This document shows, piece after piece, positions 1-12,095 of a DNA stretch of 64,000 nucleotides. The position numbers and the translations under genes were made by a program. Where the stretch lies: assembly GCF_023055435.1 (NCBI RefSeq), contig NW_025964223.1, positions 1,922,001 through 1,986,000 of the forward strand, read 5' to 3'. The notes under the pieces were generated by a model. That model ran no database searches, was not told the origin of the DNA, and saw only the letters and a list, made by a program, of their open reading frames with translations. The stretch is from Haliotis rufescens. Its lineage: Eukaryota. Positions within the stretch are counted from its first letter, which is position 1. Each line of letters opens with the position of its first letter.

Positions 1-444
1 AAGATTGACGACCCCATACCCAGGGTAGGCTTATATAGCCGACATGCGGACCATGTGACCCGGCAAACGGACACAACCAATGAACACGCTCCTTGCATCT
101 CGGCTCTCTCAACCATGGCTTCTGCTGAGCCGAGCATGCAAGAAGCGTGGCATCGTCACATCTTCCCAGCCACTACGCCCGTGTGGGCATAAGCTTCTAC
201 ACAAGGACTACAAAGATAGGTACTACGTCAGCCGCCCAAATCCTTTTAATCTAACCCACCAGCTATATATTTCTAAATATTGACTTTAGCCAAACACAAA
301 TCCTGGGCCGACCCCAAATCTAATTACATTCCAGGTTGTTTGTTTTCTAACACCACACTCAACAATGTTCTGGCTATATGACAGCACATTTCAGGTTGTG
401 AGATATGAAGGTACTGTAGAGGGAGTGAGTTGAACACAACTTAC

Positions 445-754
445 ATGTCTTGATTGAGATCACACTTGACTTTCTGCATGCTTCGTACTGATAGCACACT
501 GGAGATTGTTGTCCAAATGTATACTTCTTGTAAAGTTTGAGTCCCACGACCTTGACCTTGTAGTTGGTCCTGGACCGACAGACAGGCAGGAGTGGGATGC
601 CAGCGCTGACCGGGGCAGACGACATCACAACGTACTCCTTCTGACTTCTCTCACAGAACACAACACACAGACCTGCCTTGCTGTCAGAAGGTCCTGTAGG
701 CTTGAGGCTGTAGTCCAGTGGTGCCTTGTGTACCACCTCCATCTCTAAGACGTC
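445..754 (-). CDS. PHYHIPL: PHYHIP-like gene A, second FN3-like exon (terminal PHYHIP_C exon lies left of the window)
   Basis: cag|GAC GTC TTA GAG ATG (DVLEMEVVHKAPLDY...SRTNYKVKVVGL...VISIKT)T|gtaagt. 310 nt, phase 0/1, same length and phases as the homologous exons of C and D. Confidence 0.85.
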
Positions 755-776
755 CTGTACATAGAAGTTAAGCCTA

Positions 777-938
777 GTGAATGAGTATGTTTTTACGCCC
801 CTTTTAGCAATATTCCAGCAATATCACGGCGGGGGACACCAGAAATGGGCTTCACACATTGTACCCATGTCGGGAATTGAACCCGGGTCTTCGGCGTGAC
901 GAGCAAACGCTTTAACCACTAGGCTACCCGACCTCCCC
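777..938 (-). mobile_element. tRNA-derived SINE family 1 (other copies ~1618-1740 -, 9491-9645 -, 15910-16042 +, 24352-24540 -, 52710-52855 -, 63849-64000 -)
   Basis: Head with A/B boxes (gtagcctagtggttaaagcg...gggttcgattcc), a shared body and a (cact)n tail; multiple dispersed copies. Confidence 0.85.
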
Positions 939-1220
939 AGAAGTTAAAGACTACTATCTTCTAAGGGCATTAAGTCATGGTCTGTGTATGTCCAACACAT
1001 TTTTAAAAATACATATATATGACCATTTTTTTTAAACGGTTTTGTTTGTTTAATGCCGCACTCAGCAATATTCCAGCTATGTGACAACAGCCTGTAAATA
1101 ATCAAGTGTAGGCCAGACTATCCAGTGTCCACAACCATCCACGCCGTCAAGGTACGAGGACACGCCATTAACCAAGTCACTGCGCCTGACCACCCGATTC
1201 ATTTAGTTGCCTACAACTAG

Positions 1221-1496
1221 CAGGGGGCACGGGTGTCCAAGTCGTCTAAGGCGCCGCGATTCGCTGTGCAGAGTTGCGTCCCTTAGGCACGCCAGAAACC
1301 TATGATTGTGGGTTCAAATCCCGATTTTGTTTCAAGGTTTTTCAGCACCATACGCGTGCTCGTGGGTTTCACCGAAGTGGTACATGTCTGAGACCTGCAC
1401 CACTTCGGGCTTTCCTCCCACATGAAGCTGACAAGCCGTGATATGACTGGAATATTGTTAAAAGCGGCGTTAAACCCAACTCACTCACTCACTCAC
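1221..1496 (+). mobile_element. tRNA-derived SINE family 4 nested inside a family-2 copy (related copy 23150-23295 -)
   Basis: tRNA-like head (ggttcaaatccc) and (cact)n tail, flanked by the near-direct repeat gcctacaac(t/c)agc. Confidence 0.7.
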
Positions 1497-2013
1497 GCCT
1501 ACAACCAGCTTTGGTTGCTGGGGATCTGTTCTATCCTGGAATTCTATCTTTGAATACTGAAACCTGGTGTGATTGATAATGACAGTCCTCTAGTTGAGGC
1601 CAGGGAATAGGCAGAACAGCAATATCACGGTGGGGGACACCAGAAATGGGCTTCACACATTGTACCCATGTCAGGAATCAAACCCAGGTCCTTGGAGTGA
1701 CGAGCGGACGCTTTAACCACTAGGCTACCTGACCACCCCAACACCATAACATGGCCAAAGTGTCCTCACATCCACATTAAGGGCTAAAACAAGGACTGGT
1801 CAGCTCAGAATACTGTGTCTGAGTGGGGTATTCATGTTAAACTGCGGCATGGTATTTCAGTAGGCTAGCACTATAAATCGGCACCAGTCTGAACTGGTAC
1901 AAGCAGCCACACACACACGTGCATGCACGTTGCTATATAAGTGAAACAGTCTTGAACACAACGTTAAACCCTCTTTCACCTCACATGTCAATATTAAGAA
2001 GATTCAAATTGGT

Positions 2014-2126
2014 CTGGGCCCACTTGCACAAAGCGATCTTAGCGCTAAGATGATTGTAACTCCCATACTTCAACATAGGCTTACGATAGTCTCAGCGCTA
2101 AGATCGCTTTGTGCAAGAGGGCCCTG
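2014..2126. mobile_element. Short palindromic MITE
   Basis: TIRs gggccc.cttgcacaaagcgatcttagcgct ... agcgctaagatcgctttgtgcaag.gggccc. Confidence 0.7.
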
Positions 2127-2244
2127 GTCCTGTGGTATATTATTGTTGACTTTCAAGTTTAAGAAAAGAATGACAATCTTGACCAACAATCCTGACGTTG
2201 GGGCTTTATGCTGCTCGTGTCTATCAACGTATCAGGTTACCTAC

Positions 2245-2324
2245 CTGTGCACCTAACATGTTTATCATTTTTCCCGGTGTAAACTGGTGAATTTTCCCTC
2301 TCAGGTCCATGGTCTTTATTCTCT
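2245..2324 (-). CDS. PHYHIPL: PHYHIP-like gene A, linker exon
   Basis: ttacag|AG AGA ATA...GCA CAG|gtaggt. 80 nt, phase 1/0, encodes (E)RIKTMDLRGKIHQFTPGKMINMLGAQ. Same length as, and similar to, the gene B linker exon. Confidence 0.8.
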
Positions 2325-2577
2325 CTGTAAGCAATGAAGCAGTCTATGTAGTTGACTCACTCAGTCACTCGAAACAAGATGGTTCTTGTACATTTAAAGT
2401 GGTAACTTAAGGTCACTTGTGTACATTGGAATGGGTGCTCTCCCTTTGTCACACTTTCTTTCAGGAGCAGAGCTCAAAGTCCGCTCAATACTTCTTGATC
2501 AAACTCTGCACAGATATCAGTTGTCTTTTGTTATTTAGGAATTTTGGATTTTTCCATTTTTTTCAGGTTCCATGACA

Positions 2578-2800
2578 ACAAGGTAGACACAATTTTATGG
2601 ATAACAACTTCTTTAATACTGTGAAAAGCGATGTTTCGGTATAGATCCCTATACCGTTGTCAAGGAAGACTTGCTTAACAACAGTATAAGGATCTATACC
2701 GAAACGTCGCTTTTCACAGTATTAAAGAAGTTGTTATCCATAAAATTGTATCTACCTTGTCATCCGTCAACTTCTAAGTAATGCCTATCAAACAATTTAT
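2578..2800. mobile_element. Inverted-repeat insertion, Penelope-like terminal remnant
   Basis: Inverted arms of about 85 bp (2578-2760); 12-bp direct repeat tccatgacaaca at 2569-2580 and 2800-2811. Confidence 0.6.
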
Positions 2801-2939
2801 CCATGACAACATTCAAATCAGTGAAAGGTCCATTTCCAGAGCATAACTGATGAACCATTTGTATTTTGACACTTTACTCACCCACACCCTGATGCTGCTT
2901 GTCCTGAACTAAGGTATAGAGTTCAGTCGAAAAGGAATT

Positions 2940-3287
2940 GTCCTGCCTATTCCTGCTTATTCCCTGGCCTCAAAAAGAGGATTGTTCTGTCTATTCCCTG
3001 GGCTCAACAAGAGGACTGTTCTGCCTATTCCTTGGTCAGGGAATAGGCAGAACAGTCCTCTTGTTGAGGTCAGGGAATAGGCAGAACAGTCCTCTTGTTG
3101 AGGTCAGGGAATAGGCAGAACAGTCCTCTTATTGAGGTCAGGGAATAGGCAGAACAGTCCTCTTGTTGAGGTCAGGGAATAGGCAGTACAGTCCTCTTGT
3201 TGAGGTCAGGGAATAGGCAGTACAGTCCTCTTGTTGAGGTCAGGGAATAGGCAGTACAGTCCTCTTGTTGAGGTCAGGGAATAAGCA
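2940..3287. repeat. 33-bp minisatellite with inverted copies at its left end
   Basis: Unit aggtcagggaataggcagaacagtcctcttgttg. Confidence 0.9.
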
Positions 3288-3361
3288 GGTAAATTCTACT
3301 GAGCTTATGCTGAAACTCAGGGACTTTAGTCCACCGGCAGAAACATCGACCCTTAACATAC

Positions 3362-3680
3362 CTTGTGGATTTGAAGCAGGAGAAATGACAACATTATCGG
3401 TTGCCTCCACCGAGTAGGAAGACACCTGGGGGGAACCGGCTTGTTCGGGGGAAACTTGCAGACCATACCCCTGAATGGTGTGCTCCTGCCCTCTGGAAAA
3501 CCCATACCATCTATACACTAGGAGGGAACTTCTTTTGAACAGACACATTTGCTCCATGGTGCCAAGGTGGTTGTTGACTGCTATCAGGATGTGAAAATTG
3601 TCCCTCCATTTTATGTTTAGCTCCAGAAACGGGAAATCAGTGACTGATGATATTAATATCAGCTTTGTTTCATATAGATT
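3362..3680 (-). CDS. PHYHIPL: PHYHIP-like gene A, first FN3-like exon
   Basis: ttacag|AAT CTA TAT (NLYETKL...LELNIKWRDNFHILIAVNNHLG...YSVEATDNVVISPASNPQ)G|gtatgt. 319 nt, phase 0/1, homologous to 21670-21994. Confidence 0.8.
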
Positions 3681-3769
3681 CTGTAAATAATGAAATTTAC
3701 ATTATTTCATTACAACAGGCAGTGAACAACAGTTCACTAAAAATTTAATTTTATTATAGAAATTGGTTC

Positions 3770-4375
3770 CATCCGTGTGTGTGTGTGCGTGCGTGCGTGT
3801 TTGTGTGCGTGTTTGTGTTTGTGTTTGTGTTTGTGTGTGTGTGTGTGCGTGTGTATGTGCATGTGTGCGTCCCAATGTAGTTTTTCGGAGCACAACTCAG
3901 AAACCGTTAAATATTTCTCTACAAAACTTTGCATGTCTATCAGACTCATGCTGAACTGGTGCCTTTTGCTATATAGGAATTTTGTAAATTTTTATTTTTT
4001 ACGTTTCCATGGCAACAAGTTGGACTTAGGTTCTATAAGGGTGCTGTTCGTTTCCGGAGCGTAACTCAAAAACTGTTAAATAATTTCTTACAAAACTTTG
4101 CATGTCTACTAGGCACATACTGAACTGGTGCCTTTTGCTATTTAGGAATTTTATAAATTTTCATTTTTTACGTTTCCATTGCAACAAGTTGGACTTAGGT
4201 TCTACAGGGGTGTGTTCGTTTCCAGAGCGTAACTCAAAAAACGTTAAATACTTTCTTACAAAACTTTGCATGTCTACTGGTCTGAGAGAATTGTTGGATC
4301 AGTTACCTGGTTTGGGACCATAACGTGTTAAAATGGGCAGGGGATATAGATGACTTTGTCAACTATACGCTTGTT
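3770..4375. mobile_element. Helentron/HINE-like non-autonomous element (GT microsatellite plus ~169-bp tandem core repeats)
   Basis: (GT)-rich tract 3773-3870, then the core acaaaactttgcatgtcta three times at ~169-bp spacing. The architecture resembles mollusc HINE/pearl-type elements. Confidence 0.55.
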
Positions 4376-4687
4376 TCATTTTTAAGTTTTCAAAATGGTC
4401 TTTGGGGTTGTGACTAATGTATTGTATGTGAAAACCATCCATTTGAGACTAAACAACCACACCATCTGTCTGAACTGTCATAGCGATCCACAGCCATCAT
4501 ATAGCTGGAATATTGCTGAGTGTGGCGTTAAACAACAAACAAACAAACATTTGAGTCTAAACAACCACACCCCCTATCCAGACTTTACAGGAAGTATTTA
4601 GTGAAGCTAACTACACACACTGATCTTGACCATTACCATATGCATTTTACTGAATGTTGTGAAGGTTTTAGAAAACACAAAATGTCA

Positions 4688-7380
4688 AGACACAAGATGT
4701 CTGTTGTTGTCATGCCACAAGATGTCTGTTGTCATGCCACAAGATGTCTGTTGTTGTCATGACACAAGATGTCTGTTGCTGTCATGCCACAAGATGTCTG
4801 TTGCTGTCATGCCACAAGATGTCTGTTGTCATGACACAAGATGTCTGTTGTCATGACACAAGATGTCTGTTGTTGTCATGACACAAGATGTCTGTTGTTG
4901 TCATGACACAAGATGTCTGTTGTTGTCATGACACAAGATGTCTGTTGTCATGACACAAGATGTCTGTTGCTGTCATGACAAAAGATGTCTGTTGTTGTCA
5001 TGACACAAGATGTATGTTGTCATGACACAAGATGTCTGTTGTCATGCCACAAGATGCATGTTGTTGTCATGACACAAGATGTCTGTTGTCATGACACAAG
5101 ATGTGTGTTGTCATGACACAAGATGCATGTTGTTGTCATGACACAAGATGTCTGTTGTTGTCATGACACAATATATCTGTTGTTGTCATGACACAAGATG
5201 TCTGTTGTTGTCATGACACAAGATGTCTGTTGTTGTCATGACACAATATATCTGTTGTTGTCATGACACAAGATGTCTGTTGTTGTCATGACGCAATATA
5301 TCTGTTGTTGTCATGACACAAGATGTCTGTTGTTGTCATGACACAAGATGTCTGTTGTTGTCATGACACAATATATCTGTTGTTGTCATGTCACAATATA
5401 TCTGTTGTTGTCATGACACAAGATGTCTATTGTTGTCATGACACAAGATGTCTGTTGTTGTCATGACACAATATATCTGTTGTTGTCATGACACAAGATG
5501 TCTGTTGTTGTCATGACACAAGATGTCTGTTGTTGTCATGACACAATATATCTGTTGTTGTCATGACACAATATATCTGTTGTTGTCATGACACAAGATG
5601 TCTATTGTTGTCATGACACAAAATGTATGTTGTTGTCATGACACAATATATCTGTTGTTGTCATGACACAATATGTCTGTTGTTGTCATGACACAAGATG
5701 CATGTTGTTGTCATGACACAAGATGTCTGTTGTTGTCATGACACAATATGTCTATTGTTGTCATGACACAAGATGTCTGTTGTTGTCATGACACAATATA
5801 TATGTTGTTGTCATGACACAAGATGTCTGTTGTTGTCATGACACAAGATGTCTGTTGTTGTCATGACACAAAATGTATGTTGTTATGACACAAGATGTCT
5901 GTTGTCATGACACAATATGTCTGTTGTTATGACACAATATGTCTGTTGTTGTTATGACACAAGATGTCTGTTGTCATGACACAAGATGCCTGTTGTTGTC
6001 ATGACACAAAATGTATGTTGTTATGACACAAGATGTCTGTTGTCATGACACAAGATGCCTGTTTTTGTCATGACACAAGATGTCTAGTGTCATGACACAA
6101 TATGTCTATTGTTGTCATGACACAAGATGTCTGTTGTTGTCATGACACAATATATCTGTTGTTGTCATGACACAAGATGTCTGTTGTTGTCATGACACAA
6201 GATGTCTGTTGTTGTCATGACACAAAATGTATGTTGTTATGACACAAGATGTCTGTTGTCATGACACAATATGTCTGTTGTTGTTATGACACAAGATGTC
6301 TGTTGTTGTTATGACACAAGATGTCTGTTGTTGTTATGACACAAGATGTCTGTTGTCATGCCACAAGATGCCTGTTGTTGTCATGACACAAAATGTATGT
6401 TGTTATGACACAAGATGTCTGTTGTCATGACACAAGATGCCTGTTGTTGTCATGACACAAGATGTCTAGTGTCATGACACAATATGTCTATTGTTGTCAT
6501 GACACAATATGTCTGTTGTTGTCATGACACAATATATCTGTTGTTGTCATGACACAAGATGTCTGTTGTTGTCATGACACAAGATGTCTGTTGTTGTCAT
6601 GACACAAGATGTCTGTTGTCATGACACAATATGTCTGTTGTTGTCGTGACACAAGATGTCTGTTGTTGTCATGACACAAAATGTATGTTGTTATGACACA
6701 AGATGTCTGTTGTCATGACACAATATGTCTGTTGTTGTTATGACACAAGATGTCTGTTGTCATGACACAATATGTCTATTGTTGTCATGACACAAGATGT
6801 CTGTTGTTGTCATGACACAATATATCTGTTGTTGTCATGACACAAGATGTATGTTGTTGTCATGACACAAGATGTCTGTTGTCATGACACAAGATGTCTG
6901 TTGTCATGCCACAAGATGTATGTTGTTGTCATGACACAAGATGTCTGTTGTCATGACACAATATGTGTGTTGTCATGACAAGAGATGTCTGTTGTCATGC
7001 CACAAGATGTGTGTTGTCATGACAAGAGATGTCTGTTGTCATGCCACAAGATGTCTGTTGTCATGCCACAAGATGTCTGTTGTCATGCCACAAGATATGT
7101 GTTGTCATGACACAAGATGTCTGTTGTCATGCCACAAGATGTCTGTTGTCATGACAAGAGATGTCTGTTGTCATGACACAAGATGTCTGTTGTCATGCCA
7201 CAAGATGTGTGTTGTCATGCCACAAGATGTGTGTTGTCATGACAAGAGATGTCTGTTGTCATGACACAAGATGTCTGTTGTCATGACACAAGATGTCTGT
7301 TGTCATGACACAAGATGTCTGTTGTCATGACACAAGATGTGTGTTGTCATGACGCAAGATGTCTGTTGTCATGGCGCAAT
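4688..7380. repeat. 21/24-bp minisatellite
   Basis: Unit gtcatgacacaagatgtctgtt(gtt), about 2.7 kb. Confidence 0.97.
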
Positions 7381-8959
7381 ATTTCTGTTGTTAATAGTTA
7401 TGTACCAGGTCAATGTAGCCAGGACTAGTGACAATTTCTAACTCTGATTTAGATATCATCAATTACATAATATATAAGGACATGGCTCCATTATGACAGG
7501 CTCCGCCATCATGCATGATAGCGGAGCTTGAAATTAAGATAAGAGATATTATTGGATGAAATGGTCGCGGATATGGAGGTACTGGTGGACTGCAGCAATG
7601 AGCTTAACCCCTTTTAAGCAACCCCAACTGCAGCAACCGTTGCCAAGCAACCCATGTTGCAATGCAGCTATCGCTGCCAGGCAAGTACCATTGCCAAACC
7701 ATGAGCGAGGGCAACTATTGTTGCCAAGCTGACCATCCGCTGTAAAGCGGACACTAAGCCATCTGCTGTAAAGCAGAATGGATAAATTGGTCCCTGCTGT
7801 AAAGCGGGAAACCCTATCCTAAATAATTTATAATTTGGGATGTATCCCAAGACACCAAATGTAACTTGTAATGCAGTCCACCAGCACCCCGCCCATCCGC
7901 AACATTTTATTCATGACAACATCATTATATACAAACATTATGCTCCAGTAAAATTCCACCAATTGACAACTGCAAAGCTTGAATAACTTGGAATTATGGA
8001 TAACAGGGTTGGTGGGTGGGTGCAACGAACTATAGATGAATGTGCGAATATAACTATGTGTTGTACGGCTGAAAGCTGGAGAGCAAGTCCTGCGTGAGCT
8101 GATGTCACGCTACAACAGGTCATAGAAAATATAAACAAACGCTCCTTTACTGGACGTGCCAAGAGCAGATCTAGGCCAGAGACGATGGCACCATGCAAAA
8201 CGGCACGGAATGAAGGTATTTCGCTGTAATAATATTAGCAACTGTGCCAAGCCTAACATAAAGGCATCTAGTTCTAATCACTAAATGCTAATATGTAGAT
8301 GTTTGCTTCTATTTCCTACCATGATTCAGGAAATTATCACAAAGAGCATCAATATTTCAGTTGTAACGTAGTACAGTGGTTGGGTCAGGTAGCCTCTCTG
8401 TCATGTCTAGAACAGTCAGACTGCTTCTGAGAAGTTAGTTCTAAACATGGTGGGCCATGAGTTAATTCAGAGTATCCCATGTCAATGGCCTTAGAACTGC
8501 AGCTTCAAAGAAATCTGTTTAAATAGTTGAATTAATTAATAAATAATCTGAAGGTGCTGCTGCGTGACATGTTACCGAGAAGCACAGTAACACCTAAATG
8601 ACCCCCCTCACATGGGTGCAGCTCTCAGGAAAGTAGTGTCATCTATTTCTTAGTACTGTGCTACTTTCTGTTTAGTTTCTAGGATTTAATATCAGAGAAT
8701 TGTGTATGCCACACATACGGGCTATAGAAACTGTGTCACGTGTTTGCATACATCCGGATTAGCATTCTTTAAAGCTGTAGGTTGTACGGAGGCTCTTATA
8801 ATATGTCATATGACTTGTGACATAGTTGCAAAGAATTTTGAACAAAAACAAGACTCAGTAGATTGACATGACATTCCAGCAGACAATTGTCATTATGAAA
8901 CGAATGGGAATACATGTTTGTTGTACTGAATATGACACAGTAAGGCATGAAGGGTGAAC

Positions 8960-9490
8960 AGAGGCACAGGACTTTCTTGTACTGCATTTGGCACAATTAG
9001 GAATCAGGGATGAATTTATGGAGGCACAGGACTTTCTTGTTCTGCATTTGGCACAATTAGAAATCAGGGATGAATTTATGGAGGCACAGGACTTTCTTGT
9101 TCTGCATTTGGCACAATTAGGAATCAGGGATGAATTTATGGAGGCACAGGACTTTCTTGTTCTGCATTTGGCACAATTAGAAATCAGGGATGAATTTATG
9201 GAGGCACAGGACTTTGTTGTACTGCATTTGGCACAATTAGAAATCAGGGATGAATGGAGAGGCACAGGACATTGTTGTACTGCATTTGGCACAATTAGGC
9301 ATCAGGGATGAATTTATGGAGGCACAGGACTTTGTTGTACTGCATTTGGCACAATTAGAAATCAGGGATGAATGGAGAGGCACAGGACATTGTTGTACTG
9401 CATTTGGCACAATTAGGAATCAGGGATGAATAGAGGCACAGGACATTGTTGTACTGGATTTGGCACAGTTAGGAATCAGGGATGAATATA
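8960..9490. repeat. ~60-bp tandem repeat, interrupted at its right end by a SINE
   Basis: Unit gaggcacaggactttcttgttctgcatttggcacaattag(g/a)aatcagggatgaatttatg. Confidence 0.95.
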
Positions 9491-9970
9491 GTGAGTGAGT
9501 GAGTATTGATTTTTAGCAATATTCCAGCAATATCAGGTCGGGGAACACTAGAAATAGGCTTCACACATTGTACCCATGTGGGGAATCGAACCTGGGTTTT
9601 CGGCGTGGCAAGCGAACACTTTAACCACAAGGCTTTCCCACCGCATGGATGAATAAAGAGGCACAGGACTTTGTTGTCACCCTGCCTGGTGCTTGTCATT
9701 TAGGTGATAAAACAAGGACTGGTCGGCTTAGAGTACACTGTGTCTGAGTGGGGTATCCATGTTAAATTGCAGCATGTTTTCTCAGCTATCACAATAAAAA
9801 TGGCATTAGTCCAGACAAGCACATGCATACTTGATACTGTATAAGAGCAAAAATCTTTAATGTGACATTAAATCCCATTTAACCTCATTGGTGCAATAAT
9901 AATGAAAGAATGCCATTGAGAAATAGATGTCAGTTTTTAGCATCATGAACATCATACAGCTTTGACAAAC

Positions 9971-10220
9971 CTGCTTCACCAGAGTGTGGAACTGAAGCAT
10001 TCTCCGATGCCTCCACAGCACATGATGCCACCAGTGGGTCTCTGACGGCGCCGGTACCTGGGTTGTCTTTCAGGTCTCTGACATCTCTCCAGGAACAGAA
10101 TACGTTCCAGATAGCCGAACTGGTTGGTGACAGCAACGAGAACACGGGACATGTTGCCCCATTTTATGTCCAACTGGTGTCACTGGTTTTAAATGAAATT
10201 ACTGATGCGTGATAACTCAG
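9971..10220 (-). pseudogene. Frameshifted relic copy of the first FN3-like exon
   Basis: Homologous peptides split across frames: SYHASVISFKTSD / QLDIKWGNMSRVLVAVTNQFGYLERILFLER / VRDLKDNPG...SCAVEASENASVPHSGEA G|gtttgt. Two deletions relative to paralogs; TAA in the entry frame. Confidence 0.7.
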
Positions 10221-10283
10221 AAGAAATATATAACTTTGTTTTTAATAATTTTTATTCTGAATAGATGTACAATCAACTCCAAT

Positions 10284-10355
10284 ATGAATGAATGAATGAA
10301 TGAATGAATGAATGAATGAATGATTGAATGAATGAATGAATGAATGAATGAATGA
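10284..10355. repeat. (GAAT)n microsatellite
   Basis: Read directly from the sequence. Confidence 0.95.
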
Positions 10356-11093
10356 AGTTCTCATTTTCAAATAAGTATGACATTAACATTCATGTTGTAT
10401 AGTCTCATTTGTGTTATTAAAATTGGAATTCTAATCAAAGCTTCAGAAGTAGATGGGTCAATTTGATACTTTTTATCCTTGTATCATAATCAAGGTCTAA
10501 ACAAAGGTATGTGGTGATTGAGTCCTGGATATTAATGATAATGGAATGAAGCTTTAAAACCCTGGTTGATCAAGGATGCTTCTCGCCCACCACACAGAGT
10601 TACACAGTATGCACACCAGCCTTACATAACTCCATAAAAAAGTAAATAAAATAAAGTCAAATCTTAAGTACGACGTCACGATATGGCTGAAATACTGCCG
10701 ATGTGACGTCAAATTTTAACTCACTCTTTCACTTTTAAGTACGTCCCAAGAACCTGTGTTTGACACAAGTTACAGGGCCATTAACTCCCATTCACTCACT
10801 GGAAACTCTAAATATGCAAACAGACCCCGTGAACATCCGGGTTAGAATTGGTCTTCAGCAGCCCATGCTTGTAATATAAGAGGCAACTAACGGATAGGTG
10901 GTCACGCTCGCTGACTTGGTTGATGCGTGTCATTGCATCCCAATTGCGTAGATCGATGCTCTTAAAGTCACTTATTGGATTATTTAATCTAGACTTGATT
11001 ATTCCCCACCTGCCTGCATGTAGCTGGAATATTGCTATATAAGCTAGCTCTCTATCAACCCTATTCATGTAGTTACTCATGCACTAATGTATA

Positions 11094-11441
11094 TACCGTA
11101 TTCGACATAATAAGCGCCCAGCGCGCTCTCAAAATTAGAAATAGGAGGCTCTTATTGGAATATTATTTTGGTGGAAAAAACAGAGTTGAAAGATAAATTT
11201 CGTGGTTTATGCTGACAGCCTGAAATGTTTATATACGACAGATATGTTTTTTCAGAATTTAATTGCCCATAATTAAGGGTGCATATAACACACGAATGCG
11301 TATTATAAGCGAATAAATAAGTCTTGTGTACATTGATCAATCGGAAGGGGTGCTAATTGGAATTGTTCACTAGCCAATATATATGCAATTATCGCCGTGG
11401 GCGCTTATAAGAGCGGGGCGCTTATTACGTCGAATACGGTA
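11094..11441. mobile_element. Tc1/mariner-type (pogo-like) MITE
   Basis: TA-bounded TIRs taccgtattcgacataataagcgccc / gggcgcttattacgtcgaatacggta. Confidence 0.8.
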
Positions 11442-11461
11442 ATAGATTCTATAGCAATTAC

Positions 11462-11473
11462 ACAATTGTCCAT
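11462..11473 (-). CDS. Candidate start micro-exon (MDNC) of gene A or of the relic copy
   Basis: aacaccATGGACAATTGT|gtaatt resembles gene B aacaccATGGAGAACCAT|gtaagt; phase 0 fits the next exon. Confidence 0.45.
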
Positions 11474-11793
11474 GGTGTTTTTGTTATTGTTAATGGCTCC
11501 TGCATTCATGCCTGTGTAACCACGCCTGTCACTGACTTGTACGTTCACTTCTTGAGGTTCTTGGTATTTCAGCCCTAAGTCCATATAAGGGAGAGGGCAA
11601 GGCCACTCCTGTGCACATAAATCATTTAATCGCTTGGTACATGAGTCTGATATAGATTAGATTGAAGGCATTTAAGGTTTATTGTTCAGTATTGTTCAGT
11701 GTTATAGTTCAAGAATAAAATGACACAAAAGATTGACTGTGTAGGCAAACTATTGATTTTCAGTGTCTTTAGTTCTCATTTTATGGATTTTAT

Positions 11794-12095
11794 AATTCAA
11801 ATACAAAACAGTATATTGAAAGAAAATTAAATAGATTTTGAAATCAGTGTGCTTTTATTCAAATACAAAACAGTATATTGAAAGAAAATTAAATAGACTT
11901 TGAAATCAGTGTGCTTTTATTCAAATACAAAACAGTATATTGAAAGAAAATTAAATAGACTTTGAAATCAGTTTGTTTTTATTCAAATACAAAACAGTAT
12001 ATTGAAAGAAAATTAAATAGACTTTGAAATCAGTGTGTTTTTATTCAAATACAAAACAGTATATTGAAAGAAAATTATATAAACTTTGAAATCAA
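11794..12095. repeat. 61-bp tandem repeat (~5 copies)
   Basis: Unit attcaaatacaaaacagtatattgaaagaaaattaaatagactttgaaatcagtgtgcttt. Confidence 0.93.

Noticed and set aside
4307-4321. ATG GTC CCA AAC CAG|gtaact as the start exon of gene A
   Set aside because: It lies within a repeat element and does not resemble the start exons of the paralogs.
4688-7380. CRISPR-like appearance of the regular arrays
   Set aside because: No unique spacers, no cas genes, and a eukaryotic context.
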